From Mesotaenium endlicherianum (lineage: Eukaryota): a DNA stretch of 64,000 nucleotides. Made by a program: the position numbers and the translations under genes. This document shows, piece after piece, positions 47,101 to 59,652 of this stretch; the stretch's first letter is position 1, and every line of letters starts with the position of its first letter. The notes under the pieces are model-generated. The model was not told the DNA's origin and did not search any database. It saw only the letters and a list, made by a program, of their open reading frames with translations. The stretch lies in the NCBI GenBank assembly GCA_009602735.1, contig WELA01002202.1:1-64000 (forward strand). Direction: 5' to 3'.

Positions 47101-50004
47101 AGCGACATCGAATCATCCTCCATCTCTTCTCGAGAATCAGATAGGTGATTCTGAAACGGTGCCAATACCTGGGAATTGGGGCACAGACAGGGTCATCGGG
47201 TTGATCCCTATGCATACAGACAGCTTCGAGGATACCACTTCCCACAACCGGTTCAAGGCCATGTATAACGAGGTGGAGAGAAGGAGCTAGGATTTCTTGG
47301 CAAGGGAGACCAATCAGTTGGATTTCTCAGGTCACTGGTACCCCTGTACTTTGAAGAGGACTGATCCTGCTTTCTTTCTGCAGCCCACTGACTGGCGCTG
47401 GATGACCATCACCATCAAGGACCAGCAAAATGACAGAGCTGAGGAAGACGATTTCCTGGCAGACTTGCAGGTGAAGATAGTGCTACCACCTCACATTGCA
47501 GCATGGGACCCAAGACTGGATGGAGTCAGGGACTGCATGAGTCAGGAGACACAGGAGGATAGGACTAGGGCTAGAGATTCCTTCTCTAAGGGGAAACATG
47601 CTTATGCCAAATGGGCAAGTAAACAAGGGGAGAAAGACCTATATGCTATCAGGACCCAGCAACCCCCATCGGCATCCAGAAGGGGGAAGTTAGTGGGATA
47701 CTCTTTTTTTCAAAAATGGTTGGAGATGACCAGAGAGACTCCAGAAGTCTCAGAGGAACAGGAGGACAAAGAGGAGGAAGGCGCCGGAGAGGAGTCTAGT
47801 CCTGCTGAGGCACATACCCCCGCTACATCCCCCACTCTACAGCAGGTTGGAAGGGCCTTTGCACAGGCAACCCTGCAGCAGCTTGGGGATACCAGCCCAC
47901 CCATAGATCCAGATCTTCAGTGGCTGGGAAGTTTCAGCAGGACGAGTCCCACCCCAGGAGGTGAAACTCAGTCAGACAGAGCAGACAGAAGGGCTGCCAA
48001 GGAAGCAGCCAGAGGGTAGCCAGCATCCCCCTCTCATAGAGCGCATGTACCCTTAGCCCATGTCATGCAGCACCCCTCTGGTATGCCAGTGTATGTCCCT
48101 GTCAGTTTGAGAGCTGCACAAGAGAGAGCGGTCTCCATCAACTTGTAGACAGTGCAAGAGCAGGCTGCTCAGTTGCTGCGTTCACCTCTTGGTTCACCCT
48201 GGTATGAGCCCCCAGGTTTCAGGAGGCCATCAGATAGAAGAAGGAGATCCAGTTCCGGGTCTCGCTCCCCAGACGATAGAGCCTCTGGTACTTAGTTTGC
48301 TGTTCTTTGTCTTAGTATCAGTCAGTTGTGTTGCATGTGGGTTACTTTGTTGTAAATAATAGTAGGAAGTGTTGTTGAGTCGACAACAATTTAAGTTGGA
48401 GGAACTGTAATAAATTAGTCTATTGGATAGACATAGTATTTATTTTGATATATTAGTTAAACAAGTTCAGCTTGTTGAGCTTTAGTTAATATTAAGTTTG
48501 CTGAATATTTAATACTTAGTTAAATGACTCCGAGAGCAGCAGGCTGAAGTCAATTAGGTCAACTTGTTGACTTGGGTCAGCTTGCTGACACATTCTTTGA
48601 TAGTCAGCTAGTTGCCGTACTCGGCAGCAGCGAACTGCCTAGCTATGCATCTAAGTGTGGTGTGCTAGATGAGTGGCCAGATGACACCCTTAAGGTGGAT
48701 GGCGATTTGGGATGATGGGAGATGGCTGTGAATTTGGTAAGCCGAGGTCCTACCAACGTGGTTAACTCCCGGGTAGGCGATGCCATCGCACTTGCCGTTG
48801 AACAATAAACTCATTCCATGTACATATGCTAGGTTTTGCTCTCGAGTTCGGCATTTGAAAACAAGGCCAACTCTCTTGTACTGCATACTGAGAGATATCT
48901 GAATCCAAGGCGAGAAGCCATTGATATGCACTGTCTTTTAGCCTTCCTTATGTATGAGTTTACTGATTGCATTATTGATGCTAGTTTACTTGCATTTGAC
49001 TTGCGAGTATTGTTCACTGCTAGTGTGTTGTCTTTTGCTGTTTAATAAGTTAATAGAAAGTACCACAACGATTACTCGCTAATATGAAGATCTTTAGTAA
49101 TTGTTAATCGCCTATTGGTAAGTTGATTCATTTCAGCTGTGCTCAAAGCTGCGCAGCAATCTTCTCAACTCCAAATGGCTAAATTACAGGAGTTGTGAAC
49201 AAACTAGCGCAAAGCATGGCAGCACAAGCTTATGAGGCAAGGGGGCTGATTGCATACTACTACTCCTACTATTTTTCTCTAAGATCACCTTCCTTCTTTC
49301 CGTAATCAGGCAATTTGAACACAAATTGTTAAAGCGGCGGATTCAATGCACACAGTCACACTTGGAGGCTCGGTGGTTGTGTTGTTTTTTTGGCAGGCCC
49401 GGTCTGCTATGCCACATTCTATTGCACTTTTAGGTATTTGCCCTTTTAACATCTGCACGTCGGATTTTGTTGGTACAGTATCTACCCACAAATCCGTCCT
49501 GTTAGGATGAGTGAATGTCCTCCCCCACTGCGGCCATGGCTAATTGCTGCACTACCATGCCTCTACAAGCCATATTCCTCCAACCTTTGTGCACCTATAT
49601 TAGCGGAGGCCACACCTTCCAATCTTTAACCCAAGACGTCTCCATACCACTCTCCTCTTTGCCCCATTGCATTCATACGTGCACTTCGACCATTGAACTA
49701 ACGCACTATAGGAGCTACTGAGACTGACTAAGACCAACTCACAATCCACTAAGGGCCCTTGACTTAATTGACTTTGTGTCCTTATATATCCCTCAGCTCC
49801 AATTATAACACTAGTTTTACCTAGTCTACCTATCTTGCAGACCAATATAGCGATGCTGAAGTGGTGAACATTGTTAAGAAAAGGTGTCCTCATTCAAAGG
49901 TACCTGAGGATCACAAGGTCTCGTAAGTGGGGATTGCAACCACCAAAAGGCTCTACATGTACCAGCGTGCAATATAGATGGCCAGATGAACAATTCTCAT
50001 CCGT

Positions 50005-53000
50005 TCAATTAGCAGGCTCGACAAGGGTGAGGGGTTGACCAGATTTGACCTGCTGCACCGTTTCGTTTATGATCTGCACCCAAACACGCCACGCATCATT
50101 CGTAAAGCGAGGATGCCAACACGATATTTGCAGCAGGCACCGGCCAAGTGGCCTTCGCTTCTTGAAGCTCCTGGGTCGCGACAAGTGGGACCTGTACCTT
50201 GGACAGGGCAGAGGTGGAGAGATTCCCCGGCAGCCCGCAACACAGCACAACAAGGTGCTCCGCGATATGTACGACTGGGGCTGCCTAGAGCCTAGTACGA
50301 GGAGCCAGCTGTCGGTCTGAATGCAGCATCAGCAAGCAGGAGGAGCACGAGGGGAGCGCGTGAAGGAGGTACTCTGACTCGACACCCACGGCCCACGGGG
50401 GTGGAGGGGGCACGTAAGCAAAACTCTCTCTTTTTCTCTCACCTCTGCCATGCGCTGGTAGGAGAGCTCAGTCACGCCTCCAATGTGAGGCGTGATGATG
50501 ACCTTGGGATGCTGGGCAATCGGATCCTCGGGATCAAAGGGCTCCTGCCACGCCACGTCGATTCCTAGCCCCCCCAGATGGCCCGAGTCCAGAGCCTCCC
50601 TCACGGCCGCGTAGTCTAGCAAGCCCCCCCGGGCGATGTTGACCAGCACTGCTCCCTGCCAGGAGGCAAGCAATCAAACAAGCAAGCAGAGGAAGAACAG
50701 TCAGGAGTGGGACTGGAGTGTCGAGCCTCCCAGCGACAAGAGGCGGCTCTGTTGTCTCATCTGCACATTGGAGCAGAGCAGCAGGAAGGTCAACAGGTGG
50801 GGCAGGCAGAGGTGAACGGCGGGCCATCGGTCCAGCTAGCCGGCCAAAATTGCAACGTTTGGACATGCGGAAGCCACACTCGGCACACATCTCGCTCAGA
50901 GAAAATTGAGTTCCTACCCACTTGCGCAGCTCACCAAATCACCAAGTCATCACAAGCGTTCGTTTCTCTCCGCCACCACACCTGCGGGAGCCCAAAAGCC
51001 GACATGGCGCGAGATTGTGGGCACCATCCCCCCTCCTCTTGCAAGCTGAGGCGGATCCCCTCCTCTCGCGGGTAGTGCTCAGTTGCGCACCTCATCACAT
51101 TCATGAGGGGGGGGCTCCGAGAGGAACAGAGGCGCTGTCACCTTGATAGACAGACGACGCTCAGCATCATCAGGTCTGGTGCTTGCGAGAGTCGGAGCAA
51201 AGCAGGAGGATGCAAGCCAGCGCGGGTGACCGCGCTCCCACAGGCCGGGCCCGCCTGGGACCGCAAGCAATTTGCACAGAAGCATCCTGACTTTGACTAC
51301 TCGTTTGAACAACAAGCACGAGCAGACAAGGGGCACAGCAGGAAGCCCGCTGTCGGCGGCCCGGCGACCACAAGCCTGACCGACGCAGGTCACAAGCCCG
51401 CGTGAAGAGGCCAGGCATGGATGATGCACCTGCCAAACACAATGAGAATGTCGATGGCCCTCGGAGCCTGAGGGCAAGAGCGTGAGCAAGCGAGTGAGTG
51501 AGACAGTGAGTGAGCGCGCGGACCTTCTTCATGGAGCCCAGGAAGGCCTTGTCCACCATGCCAGCCTGCTCACCCCGCAGGCAAAGACGACGCCGACCAG
51601 TGCCACGTGGCAACACGGGCTCGGCGTGGCCCGCATGCATGAGTGCGTGCATGGACGTAATCATGCACCCACGGACGCATGCACCTGCAGCGGCTGACTG
51701 CCAAAACGGTTGCACTCAGCGCACCCACGCACGCACGCAGGCATCGCGCACCAAGGCAGGCAGGCGCGGAAGCCAGGAGGCCCGGCGAGTGAGCGAGGCA
51801 GAGCGAGGCAGGAAGGAGTGGCTCTCACGGTCTCGCGCGTGAGCAGGCAGGACATGACCACCACGTCCGCCCGAGCCAAGAAGCGCGGCAGCTGCGCGCT
51901 GCCCCCCCTCTCGTCCAGGTACTCCTCGCCCCCGCTGCCACCGCCGCCGCCAGCTGTCGGCCTCCCAGTGTCCGGGGCTTCGCTCGCCAGCCGGACTGCT
52001 GCGGCTTGCTGATCCGTCTCAGCGGAGTCCACCGGCTCGCTGTCTGGAGAGGTACATGGCTCACGCCCACGCACACACCCACACACACACACACGAACAC
52101 ACACGACACATGCACATTCATTCATTTATTCTCATTTTCATCCCAGTGCCGCCGCTGCCGCTGCCGCCGCTCCTGCTCAAGCTCATGGTCACGCTGCTGC
52201 CAATATTGCTACGAACATATATATGGACCGACCGCGGCTGACAAAATTGAAAGCGGAGGTGCAGCCAGCTCCTGTGTACTCACTGGCTCATTCCTCCTTG
52301 CCCGCTTCTCTCTGGCATTCTCCACTTGCAAGACCTGATAGAAGATGTCGGACGGCAATACGAGCGGCTGAAGAGTACGCGCTGAAGGAAAGTGCCACGT
52401 CTGGGAAAAAGAAAGCGTAGCTGGTGCACATGTGTGTGTGTGTGAGTGTATGTGTGCGTGTGTGTGCGCGTGCGTGCGTGTGCCCGGGCACCACAGTTTT
52501 TCCAAGCTGGGCTGGGCTGTCCCTCCACCCCTAAGCAGAAGAAGGGAGAGGGGCTGGCTCCCATTGTGGCACGCCAATTGCAGCCAGCCCGCCAGCAATG
52601 CATCCCGGTCCACTTTCGCTGAAAGCCCACCCTTTCATGCCTTCCCCACGACGATGACAGGGGCTCCCACACGAATGAGAAAGAATTGCAGTACTGGCTT
52701 GGAACGTGCAACTGCAGTGCACCGTAGATGTAGCCAGAGTTGTCATAGTAGTAGCAGTAGCAGCAGTACGGCAGTCTCATCTTCCCTGCGGCTGGAGTGC
52801 ACAAGAGTGAGAAGAAAGTTAGTGAATAGTAGTACGAATAGTAGACTGGATAGTAAAAAAGCGCAGAGGTGAATTCTCACCTTCCCCTAAAATGGGCCAT
52901 TCCTCGGGGCGACCCGAACTGCCGGGCGGCAAGGCGGCGGCAGAGGCGGCAGAGGAGGGGGCGTCGGCGTTCCACGAGCGGCGGACCGCAGAAATGGAGA

Positions 53001-56000
53001 CGCCAAACGGCCTCAGGCGCGGCGCCAGCTCTCGCCCGATGCCTCCGTATCCCACTATCAGCACCTAGCAAGAGGGGGGGTGGGNNNNNNNNNNNNNNNN
53101 NNNNNNNNNNNNNNNNNNNNNNNNNNNNNNNNNNNNNNNNNNNNNNNNNNNNNNNNNNNNNNNNNNNNNNNNNNNNNNNNNNNNNNNNNNNNGGGGGGGG
53201 GGGAGGGGGGGGAGTGAGAGGGGGAGTAAAGGGACACATTCAGAGGGATGAGAACAGTAAGCACTGGCGCTCTCATAAGCCATGCCTGGAAGGTTACAGG
53301 TCAGCACCCTGCGCGCTTGGCCACTGGGAGAGCGCCTCTGCCAGAGTACATTGGTACCCTACTTGCGGGCGCGTGTGAAGAGGTGCACGCAGGCACTTTC
53401 TGGCCCCCCCCGCTACTGCCTGCTGGCTCGCTCTCCCCCTCTCTCTTTTGGTGACCCGCAAGGCCTGACTCAAAAGCCCAAAGCAGACAGAAGCTTGAGA
53501 TCCCTGCTAGAGCTCGGGAACATATCCTCGTGGCTCCTGAGAGGGGATGGGGGGGGGGGCAAGCCTCTGAGGAAGGGGTGCGTGAGGCGAGGCTTCCACG
53601 CAGATTCCACACTGCACTACCGCTGCTTCCTACATCCTTCCCCGGGTAGCAGAGTGCCATTGCACTGCTGCCTTTTACAAGTGCACGTGTACATGTACGT
53701 GCGTGCCCATTTGTGTGTGTGTGTGTGTGTGCACACGCGCGCGCGCATACGTGAGGACCGGCTGGGCAACACATGCTGCACAGAATCTGTATTTGAGCTG
53801 GCCGAGAAGAGGTAAAAGAGGGGCTGACGACAGGTTTTAGCCCCGCGCCAGAGGGCGAGCAAGGCACAAGCCGAGGAAGCGGGGGAGGGCAGGGGTGTGT
53901 TAGAGGCTCACATTTTTACCAAACAGGGTCTGCCCGATGGGCTGGCCCAGCCGCCGCTCCTTCACGGCCCTGGCCATGCCGTGCTGCCACACGCACGCAC
54001 ACACGCACACGCACACGAACAAGAACACAGACATACAACCGTGAGTACGAGCGTGCAGGTCTTGCAGAAAGGGACCGACAATCTTTTGCAGAAGGGAGGT
54101 GCCACGTGGATGCCAGCGGTGCACTCCCTGAGGACTACAACAACTGCACTGCTTCCTCCAGCACCAGCACCAGCACTCGTTCTCCAGCCAGACTGCTGCC
54201 AATGCTGGCGACCCTTGTGCAGGAACGCGCACACCCTGCACTCTACAGCATCCGCCGCCTGCCCAGCAGGGCTGCTCATCAAGCATGCGTCTCCTGCGAG
54301 AAGGCAGCGGCACACAACACAGTAGCCCCAGCAGCCGCCGCCGCCCCCCCCACTACTGGTGCTCCCTCTGCTCTCCAGCTGCCCAGGAGGACATCAGTGC
54401 CTCTCGCGAGGCAACCTGTTCTGCACAAAGACACTGGGACGCGCGGAGGCCGCCCCGGGGAAGGCCTGAGGGACCGGAAGTGATGCGCAGCTGAGCACAG
54501 CCAGCGAGGGGCCGCCTGGCCTACCCAGGAAAGCACGCAGGCGCGCCCGGGATTGCAAGAGGGGCTGCCGCCACGTGGCGCACGCGCGGGCGCGCTCTCA
54601 CCTGGTCGCGCAGCAGGCCCAGGATGAGGTAGATGCAGTGCTCCGCGCATGACACGGCGTTGCCCGTGGCGGAGCTGCCGATGCGCGCCACCTGTATGCT
54701 GGCTGCCGTGGCTGCCGGGATGTCCACGCCTGCACCAAAGACACTCGCATGCATGCTCTGGAGAGCTTAGGACCAGTGAGAGAGGACTCTTCTGTCTCAG
54801 TGTGAGCCCAGCTCAGCACGCCCCAGATGGAGGGAGAGCTCAGAGTCCAGCTGCAGCCCCTCTGGCTCTGCCTCTGCCTCTGCCTTGTGGGTCCCCAGTA
54901 TGAGAGAGAGCAAACCTCTGCACTCGATTTCAAGTCCACGTGCTGCAATGGGTGGCTCGGGCAGTGTGCTGACGTGGCACACGGTAAGGCTGAGCTGGCG
55001 CTCATATGGGATGCAGCAGACGGCACAGTTGCAAAGCAGAGAGAAATGAGAGAGAGAGGGAGAGAGAGACAGGGAAAGAGAGGGGGAGCTGATCTGGTAG
55101 AATCAGCACACATGAACAGCTCAAGGGGGCCCTGAGAGCAGCAGCAGCAGAATAGACAAGGGTTTGTTTCCAGCTGCCCCTTGCCCCCCTCCCTACCCAT
55201 GCAAACATCCCTCTCCCAGATTACGTGGCTAAGGCATGGCAGATAGAATGGTATGTGTGTGTGTGTGTGTCTCTGCACCTTAATGGGGAGTTTAGAAATA
55301 ATGCCCTGTGCTCATAAGAGAGACGAGCGGTGAGAAAGCATGTGCTCAAAGGAGAGTGGCGAGAGGTGCTACACTACGTACCTTCGAGGCCAACCCCAAA
55401 CTGCACAATCAGCCGCAACTTCTTAGCGCGCGCCAGCGTGGCGGCGTCCAGGCGCGTCATGCGCGGGACCACCACCTCGTACTCGCCGATCTCCTGCGGC
55501 ACTTGCTCGCGCGGGAAGAACGCCACCTGGCAGCTCCTCGGCGAGCGGGTGAGTGTTTCTTGTTAGAGGATGCTGGCAGGCACCCGAGAGCGAGCAAGCT
55601 CTTGTTGCACGAGTGCCTCTCTCCCACTCTGGCTGCAAGGCCGGGGTTCTGCCAAGGGTGAGTGCGGGCACTCGCTTTGCTGTGCTTTATATGTGGACTA
55701 GCTCAACCCACAGCCCCCAGTCACGTCCGCTGAGATTATCCAAACACCCTCTCCCCTCTCTCTCACACACAAGCACGCACACAGGCCCACACGCACACAC
55801 AGAGAAGCCAGAGACAAAGCAAGTGGCAATGCATGCTTGCAAGCAAAGGACTAGAGTGGACCAGATGCAGCGTATCACGCCAAGGAACATACATAAGTGC
55901 TTGCGTGTGCTCAGAAACATCTGGACGGGGGGATGGCAGAGGGACACATGTCAGAGCCTGAGGCTACGAGTGAGAGGAACATGTTTCCAGGACCACATGG

Positions 56001-56453
56001 CTGCTTGCGCGCCACTACCCCAACAGCTATGAACTGGCTGGCAGGCGCCGCAACCCCCGCTGTCGACAACGCAGCTCAGCAGCTGCCGCTCGTGTGCTCC
56101 GAGAGGGAGAGCTGATCCTTGCCGCAGAGGGAGCCCGCTGGGACTGGGTATGCACACACAATAAGTCTGCACATATTGGGTGTGGATCTCAGTCTGAACA
56201 CATTTGTGCGTGCATGTGCATGCGTGTGCACGTGTGTGTGTGTGTGTGTGTGCGCCCGTGCATGTGCGCATAGTGTATGTGTGTGCGTGCGCATGTGCGT
56301 GCGTGCGAGTGTGTGCTGTCTAGACAGGGTGGTCAATCTGAACTTCCAGACGAGAGCGGGGGGGGGGGGACGCACGTGGATGGAGGGATCGCGGGTGAGC
56401 AGCTGCTTGCTGTACTCGTACGCCTCGGGAAACTCCACCCCACAAAACAGCAC
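50005..56453 (-). CDS. D-isomer-specific 2-hydroxyacid dehydrogenase family protein (multi-exon; first exon not established)
   Basis: Phase-consistent GT-AG exons: 56376-56453, 55382-55526, 54602-54729, 53912-53983, 52881-53064, 51829-52043, 51524-51565, 50443-50655, 50005-50073. Motifs QFGVGLEGVD, IVGYGGIG (Rossmann), LVNIARGG, GIDVAWQEP and ITPHIGG. Confidence 0.92.
52430..52482. repeat. Intronic (TG/CG)n microsatellite; similar tracts at ~52066-52110, 53713-53746, 55251-55270 and 56205-56315
   Basis: Read directly from the sequence. Confidence 0.9.
53085..53191. other. Assembly gap (N run) flanked by poly-G
   Basis: Read directly from the sequence. Confidence 0.99.
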
Positions 56454-59400
56454 CTGCGCCACACGCCACGCCACGTCATCCCACGTCGCATCAAGTCCTC
56501 AGCGGGCAGTGCTTGTGGCGTGTCTACCATCACCAGCTTCTTTTCGATGGAGCAATCGCCGACAGATTGCGGCGGGCCCATGGATGTGCATCCAGTCGGT
56601 GGTGGGCATGCACATCAGCCCCAACAGGCATCACCGCATCAGATCTGCGGCCTGTCCAGCTGGCAAGTGTCAGCTGGCACGACACAAGGCGGAGATTGCT
56701 CTCCGCCCGCGCACGCTTGCTTCACCATCAGGGAGAAGGCACGCGGACGCCGGGGGTTGCCAAAAAAAACGCAATAGCAGTGGCTGCATGCTGCACCTGT
56801 CTGAGTATGTATGTCCGTCTTTCAGGACACCGGGGGGCAGGTGTCAAGCAGATACGCATGTGACGGGGGCCAGGAGCAGCTGGCCAGCCCAGCCTTGCGG
56901 CCCGCCCAGCCGCTCATGCAGCAGCCGGTAGGGGTGCGCAGATCACGAGAACGAACAGTGGGAAGAGTGGAAAGCGCAGGCCAGGCCAAGAGCTTGGCCT
57001 CCCTCAACCAGCGCACAAGTCGCCTCCCCCCCCAGACAGCACACGCCCTCACGCCTGCACACAGCCGCACCGGGCAAATCCCACTGCTCCTGCCCGCCTG
57101 CCAGCTCGCTGGCTGGCTGGCTGGCTCTGCCTGCAGCTCTGGTCCCTGAAGGCCACGCCCAGGGGATGGCAAGGGGGGAGGGGGAAGGGGGACTGTTTCA
57201 TGCTCCCTCGTGCAACTTGTGGGTGCAGTAGAGGCAATGATTGTCAGGGGAGGGAAGGGCGGGTGGCGGGTGGCGGGNATTTGACAGCATGCCGTGTAGG
57301 TCCCCGTGGCCTGTAGGCCGTACCGGAGAACGCCTTTGCCCCCAACTTTCTGTAGGATTAGACTGATGAAGTGCTCATTAGGCTCCCAAGCGAAGCACGC
57401 GAAAGCAAGGCCCCACTGACGACCGTGAGTGCCTCTCACTCATTGTGAACCCGAGAAGCTCCGGAGTGTCGGGTTTGGAGTTTAGGGTTTAGAGTCTGGG
57501 TTTATGGTCCAAGGCACGATGTAGTAGGCTGGTGAGCTTCGCAAGGTACAGGACGCATCGCCCGCCCGCGCACCTACGGACACACACACGCGCACACTCC
57601 GCCTGCAACAGGCGCATGCGCGCTTGCTCAAACAGCAGGGAGGGCCCAACGTCGCCAGGTGGACTTTGGGAGGAGCCAGCTGTTGCCCTCAGCCGTGCCG
57701 GCTCCATGCGGCAGGCTGAGCACCCCTCCGATCATTCTCGCTCCCCTGCCACCTGCCGCAATCGCATGCCAGTGTCGTCTCTCCCACAGAGAGCATGCAT
57801 GCACGTAGCTCTGCATGCCACGCATGGCGCGCGTGGCAGGCTCTAGCTAGATGCCCTTATGGCCTGCAGATGGACGGGGCAAGTGCGTTCACCCGGCAGC
57901 CTGGAGCGACAACCGCCAGCTAACCAGCTGGCAACCTGGTCAGCTGTGATCTGGCAACGCAACGGGCGCTTTGCTCACTCTCCCCTCCTTCTATCTTGTT
58001 CCCGTGGTGGCCTCTGCCACAGTGTCACATGTTCTGCTCGCTCTCTGTATACATTTGGTAGAGCTCATTCTTGACCATTTACTGTTAGAACCACCGACAA
58101 AGAGGCCGAGGGGGTGACCAGCAATTTGCGTCTTTGTTTTGTCTGTCGTGTGGTCTCACCTTGAACTTGTCACCCGGCTGGGGCTGGGTGGAGAGCTCCC
58201 TCCTTGCACTGAAGCAGCGCGGTGATGCCTCCCAAGCCTGCCACCTGTCAGTCCTTGAGCTCGTGGACAGGTGCCTCCATGTGACTCCAGTGGGACTCCC
58301 ACTTCTGGCGAACTTCCCACATCTTGCTGGCAGGCCCTGGCCTTCTGTAAGCTCAAGGTGCCCAGCACACTGTCTGGTGACTTCGACGTGCCCATGAGAT
58401 GTGGCGGACACGCGTCCAGCTGGACCGAGTGCACCTGCTGGTCTGCTCACCAAAGTGCTAGCGTCTTGGACAAGGCTGTGTCGCACCCTGGCGTTGCTTG
58501 GGGCATAAGGAAATGTGGCGGTTCCTACCGGCCTGACACCCCTGTCAGGTGCATGATGGGGCGATAGAGGGCTTTCCGCCTCGAGAGGGAGGCCAGAAAA
58601 CCATGGAGTGGCTTGAGGGCGTGCAGCTCTGCACTTCCTCCAAGCTCCCCTTGAAGCTGCTGTAAGCATTGGGCTCACAAAAAACGGGAAAACTTTTCAG
58701 TGCATCAAGGAGCGATATCATGGGCAGGTAATACATCAACCAAAGAGAACTGCAGTGGGAGAGTGCGAGCACCATGCGGAAGATGGAGTGAGAAAATCAC
58801 AGGGACAATCTCGTTCGTTGCTGTTACTTGTACTTGAATTACGAGAGTGTTACGGGTGCAAGCGCCGTAGTACGAGCTGACATTGGCCGTGCACATTGGC
58901 TTGAGGCAGCTTGAAATTACATTAACCCGAATCTCCAGGTTACTATACCTATATTGACTCCTTCAATGTGTCTCCACGTAAAAGGTGCCTTCCTGCGGTC
59001 TTAGCTGCATGCAGGCTCTCCTTGTGCCTGTGGTGTTGCTTAGACAGAAAGACACCCATTTCACGTCTGGTGCGTGGGCGATTTGCCGTCAAATGACGGT
59101 GATTGTGAAGCTTGCACAAAATGACAACCGTGCCTGTAGGTCTGGAGGCTTCACATAGCTACTTGCCAGCTCTCACGTCCCCTTTCTCCCTCCACAACTC
59201 CTTCTCTTATCCTCAGGCGAAAGCAACAAGCAAGGGTGGTCGGAGGAAGCCCTGTGCAATTCAGAGCCGTAGTGTTGACTGGCGACATGTCATTTCCACA
59301 ACAGGTCGGTTTCCTTCTTACTGCAAGTCCGTTCTTTCCTTGATTCCCATCACTCTCCGATTCCTTGGTGGATGTCAAGGTGCTGTGGCCGAGAGCATAA

Positions 59401-59652
59401 TCTGTTAGATAAAAAGTGAATGAGTCATTACCTGCCGCATGTGGGCCAAAGGGAGCAGCCTTTGTTCAGGTAGAAGCTCCTGATCAAATACAGGCCTTCC
59501 CCGTCGCAGTTGGTGGTCATTTTCTTCGAAAACGAGCTCGACTTTGTCAGTAAATGCTTATCGGTCCTCACTCGTACACCTCCATGGCCACCATGCCCTG
59601 CACTAATATATGAAGAAGTTCCCTTAGTTCCCTTAACTTCTCATTTCGGCAG

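Larger units (their letters stand above)
38655..49135 (+). mobile_element. A': decayed full-length family-A element
   Basis: LTRs at 38655-39387 and 48406-49135; degenerate PBS TGATATCAAAGC at 39389-39400. Gag remnant ~39421-40866, pol ~40843-46610, ORF3 remnant ~47030-48294. No clean TSD. Confidence 0.92.

Noticed and set aside
38650..49140. TSD for element A'
   Set aside because: The flanks GGTGA and GCTGT match at only 3 of 5 positions.
52284..52334. Extra 51-bp dehydrogenase exon with AG/GT ends
   Set aside because: It contains a TGA in the required phase; the flanking exons join in frame without it.
57471..57503. Interstitial telomeric array
   Set aside because: Only one exact TTTAGGG unit; at most a telo-box.
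59432..59440. ATG CGG CAG|GTAATG (minus strand) as the first dehydrogenase exon
   Set aside because: The phase fits, but nine bases is too little evidence without transcripts.
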